From NCBI RefSeq assembly GCF_028641065.1, contig NC_073389.1, positions 32,984,001 to 33,048,000 of the forward strand: a stretch of DNA of 64,000 nt, given 5' to 3'. The notes under the pieces are model-generated. The model had not been told where the DNA came from. It ran no database searches and was given only the letters and a program-made list of their open reading frames with translations. The DNA is from Leucoraja erinacea. Its lineage: Eukaryota. The translations under genes and the position numbers were made by a program. Shown piece by piece: positions 23,126 to 33,458 of this stretch. Positions within the stretch are counted from its first letter, which is position 1. Each line of letters begins with the position of its first letter.

Positions 23126-24501
23126 CAGTACTTTGTTTCTCTTTCCACAAATGCTGTCTGACCATAATGGTTTCCAACATTTTCCATTTTAATGGCAGAT
23201 TTCCAGCATCTGCAATTTCTTTTGATTTATAGCCCAGACTTGCACCATGTTGGTAATGAAAAAGCACGTGGTGTCTCTGTCTCTCTCTCTCTGTCTCTGC
23301 CCAACCTCTAACCCCTTTGTAGTCATGGCATTTGTGGTTAGTCCAGGTTAGGTTTTGATCAAGTGACCTAGGTAGTTGATAGTGGGGGCTCTGATCCTAA
23401 TGACACAATGTCAAACTCACTCTTGGTCAAGCTGGCAATTGCCCAGCTTTGTGTGACCAGATTATTAATTGCCATTTACCAATGCTGTCTTGATCTTGCT
23501 CGATGGGTTGGGATGCTTGGTTTTGCCAAATTGCAGCAAAATTCAATTGAATTCAGCCATAAACATCCCAATTTTCTGACTGTATGATGCAAGGAAAGGC
23601 CATTCATAAATCAGATGAAGATGCCCGGGACTTGGCCGCTGCCCTGAGGAATTCCTGTAGTGATGTCCTTTTGACTGGATGGACCTTCAATCACCACAGA
23701 TGTATTATTTGATGCAAGGCATGGCTCCGATCAGCACAGTGCATTCGCACTGATGCCCATTGACTTCAGTTTTACCAGGATTGTTGATGCCATACCCATC
23801 ATATGCTTCATTGGTGCCAAGATTAATCACTCTCAAATCATCTTTGGATTTCAGCTCTGTGGACCATGTTTGGATTTACCTCCTCCCTTTAACTCAGCAC
23901 TACTATTTGCATTTAAATACAGTAAGAGAGCAAAACATCAATCTGATCTGTTGGTTGTGACAGCTTAAGTACTTATTGTGTGTCATTTAACCCTGTACTG
24001 CTACTGAGAGTGGTGTTAATAGCACATGCACATATGCCTTCATCATGATGGTTTAAAGCATCTCAGAGATCCCCAGTTAGGGCTGCCAGTTCTTTTACGC
24101 ATTTTGTCTATAACTATAACCAAAAAACGGTTACCCGACTAATTCTACTTTTCTGCTGTTGGTATACAGCTTCCTAGATCATAGTACATTTTACATTACA
24201 AAAATAAAATGAAGGTTTCTGCTTCTAATCTTTTAGGCGCCCCCTCCTAATTTTCACTTCTGGGATACCAGGTGCAGTATTAATTGCAAATAATTGAATC
24301 AATTTCTAAATCCCTGTGGTCGTCTTCAGTACTTTGCCTCAAACTATTCCTTCAGTCTTCTATCCCTACCCCTCTTTCCCCCTTGTATATCTCCATCATT
24401 ACCAAGCAACTCCAGGAAATGTCGGAACATCCCTTTGAAGGGCACAAACATGGGGCCCCAAGCACTCGCACTATATCCGCTTCGCGAACAGGGCACCTTA
24501 C

Positions 24502-24572
24502 CTACACAAGACTTCCACATCATCCAACACTCCTAGCAGCTTATCCCTGGTACTTCTCTCCAAGGCCGCCAT
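24502..24572 (-). CDS. MED4: Mediator subunit 4, coding exon 1
   Basis: ATG...MAALERSTRDKLLGVLDDVEVLC(R), homologous to human STRERLLSALEDLEVLSR; gtaagg donor; the seven exons total 759 nt (252 aa plus stop). Confidence 0.93.
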
Positions 24573-24850
24573 TACCTCCAGACACCACGGCTAACCTGCG
24601 CACGCGCAATGGCAGGCGGGGAATAGCGCCTCCCCGGCCCTTTGGTGGCACTTGGATTTGCAGCCCGCCTTGTACAGCGCCTCGCCGATGTGTCGGTGGC
24701 AGCTGGGTTTGCAGCGGGAGGTGCCAGTCCGCGCTGCACTGGTTGTCACGGGATCGCAGTAGGAAGTGTGGATTAGAAGAAAATATACGAGTGTGCGCTG
24801 TTAAAAAACAAAATGGCATATTCTCCTTCTTAGCAAATGGCGGTCGTAGT
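24573..24850 (-). promoter_or_regulatory. MED4 CpG-rich promoter / 5' UTR
   Basis: CpG-rich; NRF1-like tgcgcacgcgca 24597-24608, ETS-like aggaagtg near 24760, YY1-like aaatggcgg near 24835. Confidence 0.65.
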
Positions 24851-25306
24851 GACTTGTATACTTGATAGCAATATTATGGTTGACAATGGGGCCAGTAGCC
24901 GACTGTGTCTAAAAATATTGGTTGCCAGGAGACAGAGGAGGCTCACTTCATCAGGAGCCCACTTGTAAAAGGGGGCCCACTTCATCAGGGGCCCACTTGC
25001 CATCGGGCAAGCTAACACCCTGGCCAGTCCGCCACTGCATGGGACATCTTGAATGTCGGCCATGATCCTTGAAGAAGATTGGTGGTGCATGTGGGGGTCG
25101 CTTTGCTCAGTCTGTGTTTCTCGAGAAAAGACACACACAAGCGGGTCAGGTCGCATCTCTGGAGAACATGGATATATGACGATGCGGGTCGGGGCTGATT
25201 CCCAGAGTTAGTGGAGTTGTATCCAGGTCTTTCACTATTCATTACTGCAGGTCAACGCTTGTCTGAAGAGCTTTGGAATGTTTTCTTGCGTCTAAAATGT
25301 CACGTG

Positions 25307-26943
25307 CAAAGATCTTATAGGGTGATTTCACCAAAGGTCAAATGAGCGTAGATCCCCCCTCACGTGACCGAAAATTCTGACTGGAGGACATCTCTCAGTT
25401 TGGTACATGTAAGTGAATGGGGAAACACGCACTTTCCCACCCGTTAAAAACATGGAAAACGGCCGATTTTTGAGCTGAAATTTTCTGTGCTAGTCGGGGT
25501 GACCCTGAAGCACAGCGACCTTTTTCAGGCAAAACAAAAGATAGAAAGTGAGGTAATTACAAGAGGGAACTGAAGGTAGAAAGCCGCGGAAATGAACAGC
25601 TGACAATTGCCGTGGTGATTTTAAGATCCAAAATATCGGGAATTATCGCGTTTGCTCACTGAATTTCATCAAAAGTAAGTTAATAATGCCTTAGTTTTGA
25701 TGAAATTCAGCGAGCAAATGCGATAATTCCCGATATTTTGGATCTTAAAATCACCACGGCAATTGTCAGCTGTTCATTTCCGCGGCTTTCTACCTTCAGT
25801 TCCCTCTTGTAATTACCTCACTTTCTATCTTTTGTTTTGCCTGAAAATTTAGGTCGCTGTGCTTCAGGGTCACCCCGACTAGCACAGAAAATTTCAGCTC
25901 AAAGATCGGCCGTTTTCCATGTTTTTAACGGGTGGGAAAGTGCGTGTTTCCCCATTCACTTACATGTACCAAACTGAGAGATGTCCTCCAGTCAGAATTT
26001 TCGGTCACGTGAGGGGGGATCTACGCTCATTTGACCTTTGGTGAAATCACCCTATAGCGGAGCAAGATAGGCTACTCCTGCTAAATGCAATGGGCTGACA
26101 TGTAGTACGCTATGGAGGGGATCCTGGGCATTTTTCCCCGCCTTAACCTGAGCCTACCTGACTCGCAGTGTAATCAATGTTGTGTGGGTTAGATTCATAA
26201 ATCTGTCAGTTCATACTTCTTGTCAAGAATAAAATTTGACTCTGGTAATTGTCTTTTTTTTAATGTTTTTTAAATCATTTATTTTTAAATGGTTCACAAG
26301 CAGTGTTTAAGTTGATTTTGTAGTAACCGGAACCGACCCGACTCGCAGGGTAATTGACATTGCGGGGGAACTTTTTGTGTGTGATATAGGGTTAGATTCA
26401 TAATTCTGTTAGTTCATAATTCTGTTAATTCTTGTTAAAGAATAAAATGTTTATAAACACACATACCTGAAAATTATATAAATGTATATAATCATATAAC
26501 ACACACAATTATATTTCTTCTGATCCAATAATGAACTTTATTTCAGACTAGACAAGGGACATTAAATAAGAAACATTGTAAATAAGAAACATTGTAAATA
26601 AGAAACTTCACACACATTGTAAACCCCCCCCCAACTTCACCCCCCGGCACACTAGGCCTGCCCCCTCACTACAATGTCTCCCCCCCTCCTATGCCCCTCT
26701 CCCCGCTGCCCCGCACTCCCTCTCCTGCTGCCCCAGACACCCACACTCCCTCTCCTCGCTGCCCCGGACCCCACACTCCCTCTCCCCGCTGCGGATCCAA
26801 TCTTTGGCCGGAAGCAAGATGGCGGAACAAGATGGCGGAGGCTGGTTGCTAAAATAAGTAATATAATCACCCATGAATCCGCCCATGAGCGTACTACACG
26901 TTTGCGTGAGAGTAACCCATCTTGCTTCGCTATAAGATCTTTG
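25307..26943. mobile_element. Non-autonomous TIR DNA transposon, P-element-like (or hAT)
   Basis: TIR CAAAGATCTTATAGCG.AGCAAGAT (left copy split by a nested insertion); perfect 8-bp TSD gtcacgtg at 25299-25306 and 26944-26951. Confidence 0.8.
25320..26052. mobile_element. 733-bp palindromic DNA transposon (GGG termini, TATA TSD; Sola2-like, provisional)
   Basis: About 360-bp near-perfect inverted arms, GGGTGATTTCAC termini, TATA on both sides; relatives at 41275-41640, 55986-56725 and 59275-59696. Confidence 0.85.
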
Positions 26944-27068
26944 GTCACGTGAATGCAAATAATCATTGAGAAATTTCTTAGTGCTGGCAGAGGGTGGAGA
27001 TGGGGAGGGAGAGAACTGTCCACGCGTCCTCCCAGGAGGTGCAGGAAGGAACTGCAGATGCTGGTTTA

Positions 27069-28147
27069 GAAACATAGAACATAGAAAATAGGTGCAGGAG
27101 TAGGCCATTCGGCTATTCAATATGATCATGGCTGATCATCCAACTCAGTATCCTGTACCTGCCTTCTCTCCTTACCCCCTGATCCCTTTAGCCACAAGGG
27201 CCACATCTAACTCTTTCTTAAATATAGCCAATGAACTGGCCTCAACTACCTTCTGTGACAGAGAATTCCAGAGATTCATCATTCTCTGTGTGAAAAATGT
27301 TTTTCTCATCTTGGTCCTAAAAGATTTCCCCCTTATCCTCAAACTGTGACCCCTTGTTCTGGACTTCCCCAACATTGGGAACAATATTCCTGCATCTAGC
27401 CTGTCCAACCCCTTAAGAATTTTGTAAATTTCTATAAGATCCCCCCTCAATCGTCTAAATTCTAGCGAGTACAAGCCAATTCTATCCAGTCTTTCTTCAT
27501 ATGAAAGTTCTGACATCCCAGGAATCAGTCTGGTGAACCGTCTCTGTACTCCCTCTATGGCAAGAATGTCTTCCCTCAGATTAGGAGACCAAAACTGTAT
27601 GCAATACTCCAGGTGTGGTCTCACCAAGACCCTGTATAACTGCAGTAGAACCTCCCTGCTCCTATACTCAAATCCTTTTGCTATGAATGCTAACATACCA
27701 TTCGCTTTCTTCACTGCCTGCTGCACCTGCATGCCTACTTTCAATGACTGGTGTACCATGACACCCAGGTCTCGTTGCATCTCCCCTTTTCCTAATCGGC
27801 CACCATTCAGATAATAGTCTACTTTCCTGTTTTTGCCACCAAAGTGGATAACCTCACATTTATCCACATTATACTGCATCTGCCAAGCATTTGCCCACTC
27901 ACCCAGCCTATCCAAGTCACCTTGCAGCCGCCTAGCATCCTCCTCACAGCTAACACTGCCCCCCAGCTTCGTGTCATCCGCAAACTTGGAGATGTTGCAT
28001 TCAATTCCCTCGTCCAAATCATTAATATATATTGTAAATAGCTGGGGTCCCAGCACTGAGCCTTGCGGTACCCCACTAGTCACTGCCTGCCATTGTGAAA
28101 AGGACCCGTTTGCTCCTACTCTTTGCTTGGAGATGTTGCATTCAATT
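27069..28147 (-). mobile_element. Young 5'-truncated CR1 LINE inserted in a Penelope-derived fragment
   Basis: Open 330-aa RT ORF 27172-28164 ([16 protein letters not shown]); (TTTCTATG)n tail; host reads ctggttta|caccgaagatagacac across the insertion. Confidence 0.95.
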
Positions 28148-28369
28148 ACACCGAAGATAGACACTAAATGCTGAAGTAACAGCGAGTCAGGCTCTGGAAA
28201 AAAGGAATGGGTAATGTTTCGGGCCGAGATCCTCCTTTGGACTTGCTAAAGGATCTTTGCTTTCGACTGAAGGTACACAAAATTGCTGGAGAAACTCAGC
28301 GGGTGCAGCAGCATCTATGGAGCGAAGGCTTCCTTTGCTTTCGACTGGCCGTTTCGGGTCGAGCACAGG

Positions 28370-28814
28370 CGAGGGCGGGGCTGCGGCTCCAGGGCGCTGG
28401 TGAGGGGCGGGGGCGGGGCAGCGGTTCCCGAGAGCGCCGGGGCGGGATTCCCGGGCGGGGGGCAGCGGTTCCCGAGCGCCAGCGGGGGCGGGGCTGCGGC
28501 TCCAGAGTGGAGGCGGCGGGGCTGCGATTCCCGAGCGCCGGCGGGGGCGGGGGGGCTGCGGCTCCAGAGTGGGGGCGGGGCTGCTGCGATTCCCGAGCGC
28601 CGGCGGGGGCGGGGCTGCGGCTCCAGAGTGAGGGCGGGGCTGCGATTCCCGAGCGCCGGCGGGGGCGATCTCTGCGCCCGAGCGCCGGCGGGGGCGATCT
28701 CTTGCAGCCGAACGTCTTCGGAGGCTGTTTTATTTGGGAGTTGCGTCACGCGGATTATACGAGAGCGCAGGGCAGTCGGGCTGAGCGGTTGCAAGTTGGC
28801 TGCTGAGTTCCGTC
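28370..28814 (+). promoter_or_regulatory. ITM2B CpG island promoter / 5' UTR with GC-box tandem repeats
   Basis: Very high CpG density, many GGGGCGGGG boxes in 55-60-bp repeat units, CRE-like tgcgtcac near 28742. Confidence 0.75.
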
Positions 28815-28901
28815 ATGGTGAAAGTGGCCTTCAACTCGGCGCTGAGCCAGAAGGCGCCCAAGAAGGATGAAAACAATGAGACGCTCATCATCCCTGAGAA
28901 G
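28815..28901 (+). CDS. ITM2B: Integral membrane protein 2B (BRI2), coding exon 1
   Basis: MVKVAFNSALSQKAPKKDENNETLIIPEK (human begins MVKVTFNSALAQK); gtcATGG context, gtgggt donor. Confidence 0.93.
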
Positions 28902-29304
28902 GTGGGTTGCCGTTTCGCTGTTTTCCTGCCGGACCCAAAGGTTCATCGACCTTCCGATTCGGTGCAGCTCATTCTGCATGGTACAAGGCGCCTGTGGCTG
29001 TGTCGTAGGTTAGTTGTAAATATAGCAGAGGGCGGTCTTTAGCGGGTTGTGGTTGATATTCGGCCCGAGATCCGAGGACTATGGGCTTCGACCGTAGCAG
29101 TGAAATGCCTGTAAAATGGCTGCCGGGCTGAGGAGCCGGCCTCCTTGTCGGAGCTCGCTGGATCCCTGCCCCCTCCCGCAGTATACAGCAACGTCACTGG
29201 GGAAGCTCCAGTGTCCATAGTTCAGTCCTTTGGATCAAATATAGACACAAAGTACTGGTGTAACTCAGCGGGTCAGACAGTATCCCTGGAAAAAAAGGAT
29301 GTGT

Positions 29305-29332
29305 GACGTTTCGGGTCTGAACCCTTCTTCAG
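29305..29332 (-). ncRNA. Minimal hammerhead ribozyme core in a Penelope-derived element (29240-29420)
   Basis: CUGAAGA-A-GGGU(UCAG)ACCC-GAAA-CG-UC; stem I disrupted by the inversion junction. Confidence 0.55.
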
Positions 29333-30992
29333 CCAGAGATGCTGCCTGACCCGCTGAGTTACTCCAGCACGTTGTGTCTATCCTTGGTGTAAACCGGCAT
29401 CTCCATTTAATTTCTACATTTTGGCTTTGGAATAGCTGGACTTTGAAATGGGTGATGTTTATTGATCAGAAGTGATGTTCAATGTTATTTCGGCGAGAGC
29501 ACTAACAGGTAGGAACGCGACGTGTTATGTGATTTTTCTTTCGGAATTCTTCAGTCCTACTGGTCCTCGGAGTGATGGAAGAGTAAACGCATATAGAAAA
29601 AGTAAACCTTAACTGCTGGCTTGGTCAAACAGTTGGATTTTGAGGTTCAGAATAGACTGAAGTTAATGGGCGAGAATTCCAGAGTATAGGAAGGAGCCAA
29701 ATGGAAATAGATCTGTCTGCCTTTGAAACAAATTCTTAATTTATACGAATAGCAAATTGGGGGTGAATGAGATTACAGATTCTGCTGATACATTTTAATT
29801 ATCAGAAAGCGAATTTCATGTAAAGTATTTAGAGGTCATGGTCATGTTGTCAAAATTATGAACATAATGTGTGATCGACTCCGGACGTTTCCTGTTGTGC
29901 TGTCTCTATTCCCCGTTTGATTTATATATTTTGTCAGCAATGTGATATTGGGATAGTTGGCAATGCTAAAGGGTGTTCTGATAATATATCTTCATGTTGG
30001 TAATTATTGACAAAGATATTGCATAACATTTTATTTTTCGTCGTTGTAGGAGGCCTTTGTCTTCCAAGACGAGTATTGTTGATTGGAACAATCCCATTGC
30101 CCTACTCTCCATTTGTTCTTTCCAGAGATGCTGCCTGACCTGCTGAGTTACTCCCAACATTTTGTGTCTACGTTTGATTTAAACCAACATCTGCAGTTCT
30201 TTCCTGCACACCATTGCCCTACTTCTCTGCAAACTATTTCTCTTGTGGCTGTTAACTCTCCTCAGATTCTTAAACTGGTCACATATGTAAGGAGTAATTT
30301 ACAGTAGCCAATTAAACTATTTGCATATGAGAGACTATGAAACACTAGACAACCCCACTCAGCCAAAGAGTGGAAGTACAACATTCATCCAGACGGCATA
30401 TGAATGTGCTTGGTGGGTTTATCATTCTGAGTGGATATTTGTGTATAAACCACTTTGGATTGCTGTTTAAAATTTTCAGACCTTGATGTTAACAATTTGA
30501 CTTCATAAGACTATAATCAGAGCCTATGATAGACACAAAGTTAGAGTAACTCAGCAGGACAGGCAACATCTATGGAGTGAAGGAATGGGTGACGTTTTGC
30601 GTTGTGACCTTTCTTCAGGATAATTAGAGCTTGCTTCTCTGGATGATATATTCTGTTTGACACAACTTGTTCGTTGTTACTCCTCCTATTCTAGCTATCC
30701 TTCAGCACACATGTCTGCTTTCAAATTGATAGCATGTTTGGCATTCTAGTAAGTCTTATAGTGAGTAGATAGTGTTATTTATCCCTCCCCATTGGTTCCT
30801 TGTAAAATTTAGTGGTTACTTGTATTTTATTTTCTTCCCTCATTCCATCAAGTTCTTTATTACACAAAACCCAACAAATATGTAACTTTTACAGGTGTCT
30901 TGAGTTAGGTCTTCCAGTGTTTAATTTGTAGACTTGATACCTGTAATTTATCTGTTTTCATTTTTTCCAATCAGCTTTGTTCATGTATTTAT

Positions 30993-31970
30993 CAAGCCAT
31001 CAACATAGCTCTACATTCTGCACTGACACATCTGGAGCGTCCTGGCTCATATGTGAGGATGTTATTTGTAGATTTTAGTTCTGCATTTAATACAATCATC
31101 CCCAGCAGAATGGTGGACAAACTGTCTGATCTGGGTGTTAATGCAAACACATGCGGATGGATTAAGGACTTTTTAACAGATCGCCCACAGACTGTCAGGA
31201 TGGGGTCCAATTACTCCCCTGACGCTCAGCACAGGAGCGCCACAAGGTTGTGTGCTGAGTCCCATCTTGTATACAATATACACCTATGACTGTATACCAA
31301 CAAATAGGATCATCAAGTTTGCGGATGACACGACTGTGGTGGGACTGATAAACAACAACGACGAGTCTGCCTACAGGGATGAAGTCCAAAAACTAACTGT
31401 CTGGTGTACCAAAAACAATCTGGTACTCAACCCATCAAAGACAAAAGAGCTGGTCGTTGACTTCAGGAGGAAGAGGAGAGAGGAACCTGCTCCCTTATAC
31501 ATCAAAGGAGACATGGTGGAGAGAGTCACTGGCTTTAAGTTCCTGGGAATAAACATCTCCCAGGACCTCAAATGGCAAATGAACACCGTCACTCTCGTGA
31601 AGAAGTCACATCAGCGGCTGTATTTCCTGAGGTCTCTGCGGAGAGCAAACATCTCACAGCCGCTGCTGTTGTTCTTCTACCGATGCGCCGTGGAAAGTAT
31701 CCACTCCTATGGAATCCTGGTGTGGTTTGCTAGTTGTACTGTGGCTGAGAGGAGGGCGCTGCAGGGAATTATAAAAACTGCGCTGAGCATTACAAACGCC
31801 CAACTACCCTCCTTGGATGACATATATAGGGCCCGATGCTTGCGCCGGGCCACAAATATCAAGCAGGACACATCCCACCCTGCCAACCACCTTTTTACTC
31901 TGCTACCCTCTGGGAGGCGATTCGGGACTCTGAAGGCTCGCACTGTAGACTAAAAAATAGTCTCTACCCA
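30993..31970 (+). mobile_element. Rex1/Babar-type LINE RT fragment
   Basis: [53 protein letters not shown]; frameshifted near 31215. Confidence 0.9.
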
Positions 31971-32360
31971 TGAAAAAGTTACTTTAATAACAACTAAACC
32001 AGGTTCGCTTCTTAATAAACAGACACCACACAAACTGTTTGGTAGACCAGTGCAAAACTTTACTTAACATCGGCCGATGGAAGGGAGGGAGAACTCCAGT
32101 CAAGTGACCAACCCAGACACTTGACTGTGCTCAGTCACCTTCCCTAAACAACAGAATTACATTGCTTTAAATAGGTTTTTTGTCCCCTTATCACATTCCA
32201 CAGACATTAGTCATGGTCAGAAGTACTGGAAAAGGTTTCCACAGAATGCATCACATCAAACCCTTTTTTTACATGGTACAAGATATACTAAAAACATTGT
32301 CCATTTGTTTTATCTCCAAATAGACCACCCTTGCTCTGTTCGCTGCTTCCTCTGTCATGG
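31971..32360 (-). mobile_element. Possible LTR fragment
   Basis: Begins with TG; on the minus strand a TATA-like cctatttaaagc, a cagtcaagtg/cacttgactg hairpin and AGTAAA, as in the LTR at 48678; other end not found. Confidence 0.35.
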
Positions 32361-32415
32361 GTGTATCAATACAGTAGGGGATTCTTAAATAGGACCAGTT
32401 AATTACTTATATAAG

Positions 32416-33369
32416 ATGGGCGGTCAGGAGATGTGCCAATACTGCGAGATGTGGGAATTTGTCGACACCATTGATGTAGAAGATCCCTACAGCTGCAGTA
32501 AGTGTTTGAGGCTAGAGGAACTCCAGCTCCGCATCGATGAGCTGGAGACCCAACTTCATACGCTGCGGTACATCAGGGAGGGGGAGTATTACCTGGATGT
32601 TTTGTGCCAGGGGATGGTCACACCGACCAGTTTAACTAATTCAGTAGGCAGTGAGCAAGGAAAGGAAGGTGTGGCCATAAGCGAGGCAGGTAGGGGGAAC
32701 CAGGAGGAGATGCGGCAGGAGCCACAGCCCTTGTCCCTGACGAGCATGACCGAGGCTCTTACTCAATGTAAGTACGGGATCAGGGGCTGTGGGAGGGATG
32801 AGCAACCTGGCTGCAGCACCGTGGATCAGGAGGCCATTCAAGAGGGGGGAGTTGGAAGAAATGCCGTAGTGATAGGGGATAGTATTATTCGGGGGGTAGA
32901 TAGGGTTCTCTGCGGCCAGCAGAACATGTCCCGAAGGCTGTGTTGCCTACCCGGTGCTAGGGTTAAGGATATCTCTGCGATGCTGGAGAGAAATTTGCAG
33001 TGGGAGGGGGAGGATCCAGTGGTCGTGGTCCATGTGGGGACCAATGACATAGGAAGGACGAGGAAGGAGGATCTGCTGAAGGAGTTTGAGCAGTTAGGGA
33101 ATAAATTAAAAAGCAGAACCTCGAGGGTACTGATCTCCGGATTGCTACCTGAGCCACGGGCCAAATCGGCGAGGATACGTAAAATTAAGAAGCTAAATGC
33201 GTGGCTCAAAGACTGGTGTGGGAATAATGGGTTTGGTTTCTTGGGCCACTGGCACCAGTACTGGGACAGGGGGGATCTGTTCTGTAAGGACGGACTTCAC
33301 CTGAACGGTGCTGGGACTGGGGTCCTGGCAAATCATATAACTAGGGCAGTAGAGAGGTCTTTAAACTAA
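32416..33369 (+). CDS. CR1 ORF1p (zinc finger, leucine zipper, SGNH esterase domain), 317 aa, intact
   Basis: CxxC...CxxC, heptad leucines, GDSII, CLPGA, HVGTND and DGLHLN motifs. Confidence 0.9.
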   Translation: MGGQEMCQYCEMWEFVDTIDVEDPYSCSKCLRLEELQLRIDELETQLHTLRYIREGEYYLDVLCQGMVTPTSLTNSVGSEQGKEGVAISEAGRGNQEEMRQEPQPLSLTSMTEALTQCKYGIRGCGRDEQPGCSTVDQEAIQEGGVGRNAVVIGDSIIRGVDRVLCGQQNMSRRLCCLPGARVKDISAMLERNLQWEGEDPVVVVHVGTNDIGRTRKEDLLKEFEQLGNKLKSRTSRVLISGLLPEPRAKSARIRKIKKLNAWLKDWCGNNGFGFLGHWHQYWDRGDLFCKDGLHLNGAGTGVLANHITRAVERSLN

Positions 33370-33458
33370 GTAGCGGGGGGGAGGTATCAAGGGGGGTAAT
33401 AACGGCAGGGGTAGAGGAAATAGAGCAGGGTATCAGTGGGGAAGCGGAAAGTCAAAAT

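Noticed and set aside
24284-24865. 193-aa plus-strand ORF antisense to MED4 exon 1
   Set aside because: Starts at a non-ATG codon, crosses a CpG island and has no recognisable homology.
28207-28870. Overlapping 159-199-aa ORFs upstream of ITM2B
   Set aside because: Stop-poor GC-rich promoter repeats; the real CDS starts at 28815.
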